From Carpediemonas membranifera BICM (taxonomy: Eukaryota > Protista > Fornicata), in the NCBI GenBank assembly GCA_019828565.1, contig JAHDYR010000025.1, positions 744,001 to 808,000 of the forward strand: a stretch of DNA of 64,000 nt. The letters are read 5' to 3'. Both the position numbers and the translations under genes were made by a program. Shown piece after piece: positions 21,160-32,903 of the stretch (positions within the stretch are counted from its first letter, which is position 1; every line of letters starts with the position of its first letter). A model generated the notes under the pieces. It had not been told where the DNA came from and made no database searches. It was given only the letters and a program-made list of their open reading frames with translations.

Positions 21160-23629
21160 CTACACGGAGACCTTGGCGTGGAACTGCGGGTACCCGAACG
21201 GCAGGGGTACGGCCTGCACCGCCAGGTTCCTCATCAGCCCGGCGTGGCTCTGGATGGTATACCGCTCGTCGTCACCGCTACCCAGAACGAAGTCGGCGAT
21301 CGTCATGTCCCAGATGGCACCAAGCGCCTGCATGTCATACGTGGCGAGCGAAACTTGATCATTGACTCCAGAAATGCGGTCGGCCGACCAGGACCCGGTC
21401 GCGGACTGGGCCAGGGTGAAGCAGTCGGGCACGCCGCGCGAGAGCTGGTGGCCCCAGACGCGGCTGGTGTCGGGGTTGGTGCAGCAGGAGGCGTAGACCT
21501 CGCCGATGTCGTTGATGACGTTATTGGTCGTGCTCTCGTCCCACGTGTCGAACGAAGGCGGCTCGAACGTGCTGAGAATCTGGTCGATGTAGACCCTCAC
21601 CGCGATCCTCAGCGCGGCCGGCCACAACGCGTTCGCCGTCTCCAAATGCACCAGATTCAGCGCGGGTGTCACTTGCCCGGGGGATGGAATTGGCCACTTG
21701 GGCACGCCGTCAGCAGTCTCGGGCATGCCCAGTGGTGGCGGGGCGAGCATGTGTGCCGTGGGCACGTTGGTTGTCGTCGTCGTCGTCGTCGTCGGTTTCC
21801 AGACGGAGACCATGTGTGGGTCGAGCCACGAGCCTGGGCCGACGGTGCCCTTCCACGCCGAGGACAGCGAGTGGACACCGAGGGACGCGCTGACCGCGTG
21901 GGTGATCGCTTCGACGAGCACGATATCCGCGTCGGTCAGGCCGGGGATGCCGCGCGTCGCCTGACGCCACTTGGGGTTCTGCGGCCGCTGCTTCTCGGGC
22001 AGCCCCGCCACAGCAGCGGCAACGTCGGCGATGCGGTCGGCGATGCGCTCGCTGACGTCGCCGGCGTCGTGCTTGATGCGTGAGATGACGTATCCGAGGG
22101 TCACGGGCAGCAAGTCCCGCAGCCCGTTGGCCATGCCCGTGTCCGAGACGTAGTAGTCCGCGTTAAAGGCCGACCACGAGTACCACGTGCACCAGACGCC
22201 GCCGACGGGGCACACGGCGTCGGTCGGCAGCCCCCGCCGCTTGCCGGCCATCAGTTCGTCCAGCAGCGTGGTCTCTCTGCTGTGGCAGCTGGTCCCGGCG
22301 AGCTCGAGCCCGTGCAGGCTGAGCTGCGGGAAGAGCGGGTGCGAGGGCCGGGGCACCAGCAGCAGTGTCTGCTCGGCCGCGCGGGCGATCATGGCGCGGC
22401 GGGACCGCAGGGCGAGGGCGAGCGAGTAGACCGTACAGTCGACCCGCTGGCCCGCGAACGTCATGAGGGCGCGGGGCACGAGGCCTCGGGTGGCTGTGAT
22501 GCCCGCGCCGACGGTGCTGACGAGGGACGCCGAGAGCACGGCATACATCGACGCCAGGGGCGTGGGGTCGTACTCGGCCGAGACACGCAGCCTGTCGGCG
22601 GCCGCGGGGAACATGGGCAGCAGGACGGGCATGCCCTTGAGGGGGGAACATGTCGAGGCCCAGCACGCCTGCGACGACGTGGCCGAGCAGCTGGAGCGGC
22701 AGCGTTAGCAGCACGTATGCGAGGCAGATATAGCGCCAGGCGGGCTTGGAGTTGCCCGCAACGGGCTCGACGGTGTAGTAGGCGTGGAGCACGACGGACC
22801 GCACCACACGGGACACGCGGGGCAGCACGAGGCGCAGGACAAGCGCCAACGGTGCTGTGTAGCCCCATGGCACGAGCAAGGGCGCCGCGGAGGCCAGGGC
22901 GAGGGCTGGGGACGTGAGGGCGAAGGTGGCATGGCTCGAGAGGAAGAAGTAGCTGACTAGCGACAGCACGCCGGGGTCCACGGGGTAGCTGGTGATGAAG
23001 CAGACCGTGAGCAGCATAACGGGGTACTGCAGGCTCGTGTGCACCCAGGAAATGGCGGCCCGGAGCGTGGGGCTGAGGGGCGAGCGCAGGCGGAAGAGGG
23101 TGGGCTCCAGGAGAAGCCTAGCTGCGCAACACGTGGCTGCAGCGACCAGTGCGATGCCGAAGAGCACAGCGCGAACAATTGTGGACGCGATCCACGGCGT
23201 CAGCACGATTAGGGAGACGACCGACGCGACGACGAGGGTGAGCAGATGCATCATGGCGGCGTGAATCGCGACGATGACGCTCAGTGTTGTGTTGCGGCGT
23301 GCGTTCACCATCTCCTGCATGCTGAAGGTCCGTGGTTGGGCCTTGAGACCGATGGCATCGGAAATATCGTCGAGCGTCGGATGTGCAACATCCTGTGTGG
23401 TGTCGGATGAGCGATAGCGCCACAGCGGAGGAAGATAGTAGAATGCAAACGGGATGAGGCCCGATAAGATTGTAATCTGGGGGAAAATGAAGTACGACAG
23501 CGGAAACAGAGCAACGTGCAGCACCAGGGTGAGAAGCTGCAGAACTGAGCCCCGTTCGAAGCCAAATATGTATAGAAATGTGTCATACGCCCAAGAAAGG
23601 CCAGAAATGGCGAGTGCCGTCTTGAGCAT
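21160..23629 (-). CDS. Pecanex-like membrane protein, split by an apparent 1-nt frameshift in the G6 run at 22641-22646
   Basis: Hydrophobic N-terminal half; C-terminal GLELAGTSCHSRE and DDERYTIQSHAGLMRNLAVQAVPLPFGYP resemble the pecanex C-terminal domain. Removing one base joins ...DMFP-LKG-MPVLLPMFP. Confidence 0.78.
21773..21793. repeat. (GTC)7 microsatellite encoding poly-Thr in the pecanex-like gene
   Basis: Visible trinucleotide run. Confidence 0.85.
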
Positions 23630-23807
23630 TGTTCGGGTCTTGTGCTCGATCTATCGCCTGCCCGGCCGAGTCGGAGTTCGCCGGACCGGATGAATGGCAA
23701 GCCCTGGCCTCTATACGAAGGAATATCCACGCTTTCCGTGGCTATCCATCCGATGCGGCTCGAAGTCACGTTCTCATCCGAAAAAGCATTTACGTAAAAC
23801 GTACCGG

Positions 23808-26249
23808 TTACATAACTAGACAGATCATCAGAGCTACCGCCGCAGACGTGATGAACGACCCAAAGGCCTTATCCTCGTCCTGACTCGACTCGTCGTCGTC
23901 CGAATCATCATCGTCACCAAGGTTGACCTCCTCGCCGACATAAAGCGTCATCATATCATCAAATGTCCGCGAGACGAACTGGACGTAGACCACGTCCTGG
24001 CCAGACGTGTCGATCGTCACCGTCGCCTCGTCGCTGGCAGCGAACACGTCAAGGGACCATCCATCGAACGAGATGAGCGTGGGGACGTCGGAGAAGCTGT
24101 AGAGGATGTCAACTCGAGCCCATGAGAGCACCTGCGGGAAGAAGCTCGACTGGAGAGGGTCATGGGCGATCGGGAAGTTGAGCATCTCCTCGGCGGAGCA
24201 GTCGATCTTGTAAGTCACAGTGTCGCTGCCGCCGAACCCCGCGTGCGACTGTGTGCCAAGTGTGCCGGAAACAGCGGCCTGGTCGATAAACTCATGTCCG
24301 CAGCTTATGCCTGAATAGCCCGCCTCGCAGACGCATTTGGCGCCGTTCCACTCTCCGTGGTCGGTGTCGCATGCCTTCTTGAGGGCTCCAGTCAGACTTG
24401 AGTCGTCGTCCGGCGTGAGGGTCAGGTCACCATCGACTGGGCCGACTACTGAGAGCGCGTAGGACTGGGCCTCGGCCGGGATGAAGGCTCCCATGATGTG
24501 AACTATGACGGTCTCGCCCGCCTCTACATCGAACACGACCCGCTCGTTGTTGTTGACCCGATCTAGGCGATCAAAGAGCCCAGCACCGGACCCGACGTTG
24601 CCTCCGTACACGGTTTCGCTAGTCTCGACCACGAGGTCAAGGTCTTGGACAAGGGCGTATACTGCGTCTGCTGGGGCCGGCTGGTCCGTCCAGGAGAGGG
24701 TGATGCTGAGTCGGCCCGAGTCGGTCGTCTTCAGTGTGTAGCTGTGCCGACTCCCCTCCTCCAGGGCGCCGTGGTCGGATGTGTCTGATAGCCTAAGACC
24801 CGCCGTGAGTGTGGCGGGTCCGTCGACTCGGCCCCAGCCCACAGCGAAGTTCGGGGTGGCTGTGATGGTGGTGTAGGCGTCGTTGGTGTTCCATAGCACC
24901 CCTTCCATGTCCTGGGCCCCTCCGATAAGGAGAGAACGCATCAGTGCAGACGAGGGTGAGTCTACGCCGAGCTCTTCGAGCCTCTGCCGCATCAGCAGCG
25001 CGAGTCCAGTCACCGCAGGGGCGGCCATCGATGTACCAGCCATCCATTCAGTCCCACAGCCAGAGCCTGCCTCAGCCGACTGGACGACAAAGCCTGGGGC
25101 GACTATGTCAGGCTTGATGCGGCCCTCTATGGTCGGGCCCTGAGATGAGAAGTACGCGAGCGACCCCTCAGACCTGGATAAGTCCTTGGCAGTGTTACAG
25201 GCGCACAGGCCCTGCGCGCAGCAGATGTCCGTCCACTCTTCATATCCGGACGAAGCGGCACCCACCGCTATGCAGTTTTTGGCGAGTGCTGGGGGACCAA
25301 TAGAGTATCGGCCGATGGTGTCGCCGTCGTTGCCTGCACTGAATATGATGAGGAGGTCCTGGTTATCGTATGCTGCTTCGTCCACCTCTTTGGTGAACGA
25401 ATCATACCGGCGGGTGCTGTAATACTCAGACGACATGCCCCAGCTATTCGAAAACACTCGGGCGCCCTGCTCATAACCAAGGGGAAAGTACTGCTGGCTC
25501 ATGTCCGTCGGGATGGACAGTCCGCTGCCCGTGCTCGTCGAGAGGTCGACGAAAATGGCGCGGGACTTGGGTGCGATGCCGGGGCGGGTGAAGGCCTCGC
25601 CGTCGCCGGTGATCGTGCCCATGACATGGGTCCCGTGGCCGTTGTTGTCCTCATCGTTGCCTAGGCCCGTGTAGTAGTACTTAAAAGTGCGGTGGTCGTT
25701 CATGACGGAGTTGAACTCGACTTGGACGTCTGAGTCGGCAAAAGCGCAGTGTGCGACATCCACGCCGCTGTCGCCCATGGCAAAGAGCTGACCGCTGCCG
25801 TCAAGGCCCATGGAATCGAACGTGTCGCCGGCAATGATGTCGTCGATGAATATGTTGTGAAGGGCGACCTCATGCACGACCGCCACCGACTTGACAAAGG
25901 GCGGCATCGCGCCGAGAAGCGTTGCTGAGTCGACGAAGCAGCTGCTGACGTCAATTGCAGTGACGCGGTCGCCCTGGATAACCTCAACATTGCAGCACAT
26001 CGTCTCCAGCTTGTCGGCGAGGTCGGCGAGTTGAGTTCGAGAGGCGCCATCGGCGCGAATATGGATTACATCGTTGGGTTTGACTGCTTCTACATTGCTT
26101 GTGAGTGATTGGAGGATCGGATCGGTGTAGATCCCCTGGCCTGCGCTCATACGGTGTCTTGCAGCCGCACTCGTCGGACTTTCGCTTGTCACAAGAGATT
26201 CAGCACATACCACGGCGATAAGGCATAGGATAATCGCCTTTAAAAGCAT
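23808..26249 (-). CDS. Subtilisin-like S8 serine protease, secreted and membrane-anchored, with EGF-like module
   Basis: Signal peptide MLLKAIILCLIAVVCA; catalytic triad GDSGVD / GHGTHVMG / GTSMAAP; CVCEAGYSGISC; C-terminal hydrophobic tail. Confidence 0.92.
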   Translation of the reverse strand: MLLKAIILCLIAVVCAESLVTSESPTSAAARHRMSAGQGIYTDPILQSLTSNVEAVKPNDVIHIRADGASRTQLADLADKLETMCCNVEVIQGDRVTAIDVSSCFVDSATLLGAMPPFVKSVAVVHEVALHNIFIDDIIAGDTFDSMGLDGSGQLFAMGDSGVDVAHCAFADSDVQVEFNSVMNDHRTFKYYYTGLGNDEDNNGHGTHVMGTITGDGEAFTRPGIAPKSRAIFVDLSTSTGSGLSIPTDMSQQYFPLGYEQGARVFSNSWGMSSEYYSTRRYDSFTKEVDEAAYDNQDLLIIFSAGNDGDTIGRYSIGPPALAKNCIAVGAASSGYEEWTDICCAQGLCACNTAKDLSRSEGSLAYFSSQGPTIEGRIKPDIVAPGFVVQSAEAGSGCGTEWMAGTSMAAPAVTGLALLMRQRLEELGVDSPSSALMRSLLIGGAQDMEGVLWNTNDAYTTITATPNFAVGWGRVDGPATLTAGLRLSDTSDHGALEEGSRHSYTLKTTDSGRLSITLSWTDQPAPADAVYALVQDLDLVVETSETVYGGNVGSGAGLFDRLDRVNNNERVVFDVEAGETVIVHIMGAFIPAEAQSYALSVVGPVDGDLTLTPDDDSSLTGALKKACDTDHGEWNGAKCVCEAGYSGISCGHEFIDQAAVSGTLGTQSHAGFGGSDTVTYKIDCSAEEMLNFPIAHDPLQSSFFPQVLSWARVDILYSFSDVPTLISFDGWSLDVFAASDEATVTIDTSGQDVVYVQFVSRTFDDMMTLYVGEEVNLGDDDDSDDDESSQDEDKAFGSFITSAAVALMICLVM

Positions 26250-26411
26250 TTCGTTGTGTATTACGAGCGTTGACCTCACATTCGTAGGATCGTCTCGCAC
26301 TGCTTTTTGTGAAGAATTTGGCGAATATCGGCCCAATTTTAGTGATTCAGTCGACCCAATCTCAAGAACGAGTGATATTTACAAAGTTCCCGAATATAAT
26401 CCCTACATATC

Positions 26412-27807
26412 TCAGAAGCCGGCGTAGATAAAAAGGTTTGTAAGCGTGGCAACAGCGATAATCTGTTCCGTCGGATGCCAACCCAGATGCAGCACCTTCC
26501 GGTCCGTGTCGACGTTTCCGATGAGCCCCTGCGCCCTGGTGCGGCCCTTCACAGTCCGCGGCGTCTTTGTGCCGCGCTTCCTGGTTGCCCGCTCACGGGA
26601 GGCCTCGATGCAAATGCCGCCCCGACCCATCCTATCGTAAATGTGGAAGTTGTTGTTGTAACTACCGGTCAGGACGTGCGAACCACTCGGGGAGACGGCG
26701 CACTCGAACTTGTCGAAGATGACGTCCTGCTCGAACAACTGGGGCAAGTGGGGCTTGAGGCTGTCGTGAATCGGGATTGTGTGCAGCGGCCGCGACTCCA
26801 TGGCGACGTCCCACACCTTGAGCGTGAGGAAGTCCCGGGCGAACATGTACTTGCCGTCCTTGGAGAAGTGCAAGTCGGAGATGGACGAGGCGATCTCCTG
26901 GTAGAAAGACTTGGGTGGCTGGCCGGCAGTGGACTCGTTGAAGCTCTTGGAGCCGAAGTCACAGAGGGCTGAGGCGCGCAGGTCGCAGAGGCGGATGACG
27001 CCCTTGGACGTGCCGTAAGCGAAGGTCGCGGCCTCTCCTGGGTGGCACTCGGCGGCAGTGATGACTTCAACCAGGTTGTCGAGGTTCGGGGGGCGGATGT
27101 CGATGACGTTAAAGGCGGTCTCGGGCCGTTCCGTGCCCCACATGTTGATGCGGAGGTCGTCGGCAGAGAGGAACGTCACGCCGTCGCTGCTGAGGGAGAG
27201 GCTGTTGATGTGGTAGGCGTGGGCGTTGTTGAACACACGCTTGGGGGTAGCGCTGATGACAGACTTGCTGCTGATCATGTGGGGGATCTGGACGGCGTGC
27301 GGGCCCGCGGCACGGCTGGTTGACATCGTGGCGACCTGCTTGGGCTTGCGCTCGTAGATCTTCCACAGCTTCACCGTCTTATCGTTCGTTGTGAGGAGGA
27401 ACTGGGCGCCGGGCTGGGGGTGGCACCATCTGATTTGGTTGATCTTCTCATCAATCTCGAGGCTTCGAAGATAGTCGAATTCTGTATAAGCATGACGGTG
27501 CTCGTGGGCGACATACCGGGCTCGTGGGACTGGAACTCCGTGTAGAAACGGTACTGGACGACACGACGGGAGGACTCAACAGCCTTGGCTCTTTTAAAGA
27601 GCACAACGCGGCCAGCACGGTCACCAGCGGCAAGGAAATCGCCTTCAGTGCTGAATTCGATCGAGGAGATAATGTCTTCTGTGTCATGGACCTGTTTCGG
27701 AAACAAACCTTCCTTCGTATCCTCAATCTGGGCGACGTCTCCGAAAACTTGACAGAACTGCGTGACACAAGAATGAAGATACTCACTTTCCACGACGTTT
27801 CGTCCAT
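26412..27807 (-). CDS. CDC55: PP2A regulatory subunit B55/Cdc55, three introns (27758-27786, 27679-27708, 27482-27516)
   Basis: Spliced product MDETSWK-FCQVFG...[74 protein letters not shown]. Confidence 0.95.
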
Positions 27808-28047
27808 TGGAACTGGAAATTTCCTGCACTTCTCCAATGGTGAGATGGGCAGTTAACCTGCGAAAAACAAATTGTGCCAATCAGCGTGCGATAAGGGTAG
27901 ATGTGCGCCTCTAGTATGCCAATCCCGGTCATTGGTGGGTGTTTTTATTTTTCCTTGATTCTCTTGATTGGCGGCGATGTCAAACTCAATCTGTCCCATT
28001 TAATCTTGGTCGCAGATTTCGAAAGATTGAGAATATCGGCTCTAGAC

Positions 28048-30390
28048 CTAAATTTCTTCACCAGCAGCCTTCTTGAGCTGCGCTCGGAGCCTTACGATTG
28101 CCCGATCCTTCATTCTCATCTTACTCTCAAGCACAAAGATCGCTCGGCGGTTCTTGGTGAGGTTATGCGACAGGTGCTTCGACGAGACCTTCTCCTGGCG
28201 CCCAATCATCTGCCAAAGCGTGACTGCACCGACGAGTATCGGCCAGAGGAACACCCATTCGGTGAGGGCGTGGTACGCAGCGTTCAATATGGTCGACCTG
28301 GCCATCAAATCTTCAATAACAGATTTGAATGTGTCATCGGAATACTCGCCCGACACCAAAGGCCCGCAGTCGAGGGGTGGGCGCCAGCCCGAGGGCGGGG
28401 TGAACCAGATGAAGAAGATGGGCATGGCACAGAGGACGAAGGTGAGCACGTACCAGACGAAGAAGAAGGAGGACGTCTCCTCGGGTGACCACTTGACCGC
28501 CACACCGTCTGTAAAATACCGGATAAAAATAAAATCACCGATGATGCCGAAGAAAGAAAGGACTACGGAGGCACCCACGGCCCAGGGCGCGTAGGGCACG
28601 ACGATGAAGAACAGCGCCTCGATGTAGATAATGTCGATGGTCGAAACGGCGACATCAAACTCGCTTTTGTTCCAGTGAAACTTGGTGAACTTGGCTTTCG
28701 TCGCGAGATTAAAGGGGAATTTGAAGTTAAAGATGAATAATTGGAGGAAGAATCGCCCAATCTCGGGCAGGATGTTGAGGATTCGGGTGGTCACTGACTC
28801 GGTCACGAGGAGGAAGAAAAAGTTTGCTCCGAACTGGGTTTGAACACAGGTCACGTTGAGAAGTGAATCCAACTGGGCTACGATTGTATGTTGGACAAGC
28901 ATCTCGCCTTGAATGATCATAACGACGAGAATGGACAAGATCCTGGCCGCGTACAGTCTACTGATCAGTACCTTCAGCTTCGTCGCCGGAGTATAGTGCT
29001 CCTTCTCGGTCGCCCACAGAATGATTGTGGTTGTGACCACGTTTGCAGCTGACAGCATCAGCTCTACAAGGTTACCCGCAAGCATAACGAACCCAGACTG
29101 AAGAATGGAGAGGCTTCCGGAAAACAGGGCGATTGAGGAGAGTGTGTCGCCGATAAAGTCCTCATAAATGGACAGTACGATGACGATAATCCACTGAATA
29201 ACGAGGATGAACACGAGAAGACACCACACCGCGAACCTGGTCATGAAGATGCTCAACCGCTTCCACCTGTTCGACTGGACTCGGACGGCGTTCTCCTCGT
29301 GCAGTAGGATCAGAAGCGTCTCGGCGACGGCGGCCTGCTGGGCACTCACCTCCCGCTTGGTGCACTGGTTGAAGTCCCAGGCGGCGAGGGTGTGCAGGAC
29401 GAAGGGCGTCTGATCTTGCGTTTCTTTGACGATGGCCGCCTCTCGGGCGTCCGATTGCTGACGGATCATCTTTTGGCCGCTCGATAGGATGGTGAAGACG
29501 TAGAATAGGATCACGGGTGTTATATACAGCCATATATATTTGGAGTCAATCTTTCCATAAAGTGCCCAGGTTGGGACAAAACTATTCAGATCGATGAGTT
29601 CGTCAAATGACCCGTTGGTGATGATGTTGAGGATGCTGACAACGTAATACGGCAGGAACAGAATTGTGACGATGAGTTTGATGAAAAACATCCACCGCTG
29701 GAATCGGAAGAAGGCCGCTACCCCGCTCCCCTCTGCCCGCTCGACGTTAGCGCATAGCCGCTCCAATGGCTCGTGTCTGTTGACGTCTGTGGCCCAAGCC
29801 TGGGCCCTGGCGAGAAGGGAGACGCCCCGGGTATTGCCCATGACGATGAGCGCGTCGTCGTTCTCGTCCTCGGCGACAGCGCGGTTCTCGAGCATGCGGG
29901 CCAAGTTACTCTGCTCTTTGCGGCGTGCGTTCCCTTCGGCTTCGCGAATTTGGATCATTTCTGCGACAACATCGCCGTCTTCTTCGTCACCCGGGCCAAG
30001 CATGTTCTCCTTCAGCATATTCTGCATCTCATCGGCTACAAGTTTCAGATCGAAGTTGGTTCGCTCGAGATACTCGACATTCTTGGCTAATTCCTTCTTT
30101 TGGAGCTTCTCGGCGCGAAGCTTTGCTTTCAGCTCTTCAATCTTATCTCGGAGCTTCTTGTCGCGCGATTCAAATTCATATTCTACTGTATGTACACTAC
30201 TAAATGCTGTCATGGGGTTTCCTGTGAACTGCAGCGCCGCAGCGTCGATTACACTGTCATCGGACGAACTCTCGGTCGCATAGAGCTTATCGAGGAGTTC
30301 TCGCCGTAGATCTGGATCATCCTCGATCGTCTGGTTCTCTTGTGCTTCTTCTATAGCATATGGATCGTGAAATGTGATGTTATCGCTCAT
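28048..30390 (-). CDS. Transmembrane channel-like (TMC) protein
   Basis: GSGVAAFFRFQRWMF, CVQTQFGANFF, EFDVAVSTIDIIY and PPLDCGPL match the TMC motif order; start taken at MSDNITF. Confidence 0.82.
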   Translation of the reverse strand: MSDNITFHDPYAIEEAQENQTIEDDPDLRRELLDKLYATESSSDDSVIDAAALQFTGNPMTAFSSVHTVEYEFESRDKKLRDKIEELKAKLRAEKLQKKELAKNVEYLERTNFDLKLVADEMQNMLKENMLGPGDEEDGDVVAEMIQIREAEGNARRKEQSNLARMLENRAVAEDENDDALIVMGNTRGVSLLARAQAWATDVNRHEPLERLCANVERAEGSGVAAFFRFQRWMFFIKLIVTILFLPYYVVSILNIITNGSFDELIDLNSFVPTWALYGKIDSKYIWLYITPVILFYVFTILSSGQKMIRQQSDAREAAIVKETQDQTPFVLHTLAAWDFNQCTKREVSAQQAAVAETLLILLHEENAVRVQSNRWKRLSIFMTRFAVWCLLVFILVIQWIIVIVLSIYEDFIGDTLSSIALFSGSLSILQSGFVMLAGNLVELMLSAANVVTTTIILWATEKEHYTPATKLKVLISRLYAARILSILVVMIIQGEMLVQHTIVAQLDSLLNVTCVQTQFGANFFFLLVTESVTTRILNILPEIGRFFLQLFIFNFKFPFNLATKAKFTKFHWNKSEFDVAVSTIDIIYIEALFFIVVPYAPWAVGASVVLSFFGIIGDFIFIRYFTDGVAVKWSPEETSSFFFVWYVLTFVLCAMPIFFIWFTPPSGWRPPLDCGPLVSGEYSDDTFKSVIEDLMARSTILNAAYHALTEWVFLWPILVGAVTLWQMIGRQEKVSSKHLSHNLTKNRRAIFVLESKMRMKDRAIVRLRAQLKKAAGEEI

Positions 30391-31254
30391 GCTGAACAAT
30401 TTGGGCAACAAATCACCTGATGCTAAATATGGACCATAGTTGGCTGAGTCGAGGAGAGGCCAGCCAAGCGTCACTCTGGCCATGTGCAGGCCGAGTGCAC
30501 TGCCTCTCGTCGGGTCTGGAAATAGCCAGTGGTGTAGAGAACCGATATAAAGGATCTGATGCTTGGTCGACCTCACAGCTCCACCTGGACAATGTTATGT
30601 GTCTATTTATGGTGTGGAAGCTATAGAAGCTAGCGACTGTGTCTCATTTACGTGATTTATGGAGCACGCAGTTTATCGATGAGACAATAGTGGTAGTAGT
30701 GGGCGTATGTGCCGACCAAGGACAAGGAGGCCGCCGTGTTCGAGGAGGTCGACCGGGTGGCGCTGCTGGTGCGGCATGTTTATGAGCTGATCGGGTGAGA
30801 CGGGTCTTGAATGATTTTTCGGTTGGTTGAGCCTGACTGTTTTCGACAACACCACCATTACTATTGTCTGAAAGAGCGCTGTCGCATTAAATTTGGCATT
30901 GGCTGCGTGATCGGTCACCGCGTCGGCTCTGACGGCTTGCTCGGCCGGGCTGAGGAGAGTGGAGAGGTATGACTTGTGATGTACTAGGACCGGGAATTTA
31001 CGTATTTAACCAGTTATGTAGCAGAATATGTTCAAACCACGCCCCGGCCCCACCGGGGGTGAGGGTTGGGCATGACGCCGGTGTTTACGAAAATCACCCA
31101 AGAGAGGACACAATGGACAAGGGTCAAGGAAGATTATATAAGCTGAATGGACATAAAACACACATTATGACAGCGTCTGCGGTCAATGTTGTCTGTGTCG
31201 ACAGTCGGCGAGTCGTCAGTCAGAACTTGGCAACCACCGAACCGAGCGTTAGAA

Positions 31255-32903
31255 ATGATGAGCAGTGCTAGTTCCTCGCCATCGGCCATCAGAGAAGCCC
31301 TTATCTCCGCATTCCGCGCCACGCTCACCGCAACGGGCTCCATCTCTGGGGACATCCCCTCGTTGCTCCAGTGCGCCTACTCCAGACACTTCGGCGAACA
31401 GATGCCCTCGATGCACAAAACAGATAGCACTGCTACACCAACGAGCGCCCCGTCTCTCGAATCCCTCCTCGCCACGCTCTGCAAGATCCCCCTCTCAAGC
31501 CAACCGCGCAAGCCCTCCTCGACCGCGCCCGCTCGATCCTCACCAGCGGCCCCCCGCTGTCCATGAACGTCGAGCTCGCGGATGGCGAGGAGCTCCCGGT
31601 CGCCATGCACACGCTGAACCAGGGCGCGGTGTGGGCGTGTCTGGTGGGTGGCGGAGCCAACCCCGACCTCGAGGACAGGGTGCTGAACGAGGTTCGAGAG
31701 AAGGAGCCAGATGAGACCGATATGCATGACAAGATCCGCAAGGCTCTCACCCCCGAGGCCAAGTGCCTCTGGTTCCTCTGCCGCAAGTTCTTCTTCTCGC
31801 TGAACGTCGCCGAGAAGGACGGCGAGAGCTGTCAGTACACGGGACTAGGCATATGCTACCACCACCGCATGTACATGGGCCGACTCTTCGTGCTCGACAC
31901 TGCCAAGCACACCGCCTTCACCAGGGCCAGGATGCCCAGGGCCCTCGAGGTCTACAGCGACAGGTACACCCACATCGCCAGGACGCCCAAGGGTCTGTGG
32001 GGCTGGGGGGAGAACTATTATGGTCAGCTGGGGTTCCAGTCATCTGGGTTCGTCGACCCGACCCGCCTCACCTTCCCCGCCTGCCCCAAGGTCGCCGAGC
32101 TCGAGGCCAGCCTGCCCGCCTGGGAGAAGCACAGGGTAGTGACTGATGTGATAATCATGGGATCTATGACGACAGAGGACAATCGGACGTTTATTCTCAC
32201 CCCAGTCGGCACTGTCATGGCGGGCGACAATGCAAGCTGGTATACAGGCCGTGTTGCAGATGACAATGATTACCTCTTCCATTCAGTAGGAGTACCCTCC
32301 GGCTTTGTCCCAGAGCATATCATGCACGACCGGAAAGGCACTGTCATTCTCTCAATGGGCGATCGGCAGGTGATCAGTGGAAACAAGATGCATGGCCAGC
32401 TGGGGCTCGGGCACGAGAACAATATGCCTGGCTTTGTCGACCTACCTTTCAGGGTCGACCGCATCATGCCAGGCTGTTACTTCAACGTCTTCCTCAGCGG
32501 CCGCCAGCTGCTGTTCGCCGGCCTAATTCCACGCTATATCGCCCAGTCGGGCCTGCTGCCTGGGTACAGCGAGTACGACAACTGCCCCACACCCACCCCG
32601 CTCCGGTTCCGAGAGAAGGTCAAGGGGTTCCAGTCTGATGACACGACGCTTGTCTGGGTCACTGAGGGCCAGACCCACCTGTGCGATTACGACAAGCAGT
32701 ACTGTGTACCCTTTGAAGCCATAGTATTTGTCGGACGGTGGGTTGGAGGCAGCTTGGTCCACTCATTCCGCGACCCCACCGGCCAGTGGTTCGAGGTGAC
32801 GGGTGTGTCAGATGGGGTGCCTAAGCTGGTCGAGTGCACGGCGCCCAATATGAACTGGGAGATCATCCCTGTCGACGTCGACCCGTGGTATGTGATGGGT
32901 TGA
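31255..32903 (+). CDS. RCC1-like repeat multigene family member, copy 2 (1-nt frameshift at 31488-31492)
   Basis: Colinear with 19195-20880; the N-terminus MMSSAS..GDIPSLLQCAY is in another frame before the C-run. Confidence 0.75.

Noticed and set aside
22641-22646. Programmed frameshifting or true pseudogenisation in the pecanex-like gene, RCC1-like copy 2 (31488-31492) and FG-GAP copy B (53703-53706)
   Set aside because: All are single-base shifts in G/C homopolymer runs within otherwise intact frames, the typical signature of long-read assembly error. This cannot be resolved without reads.
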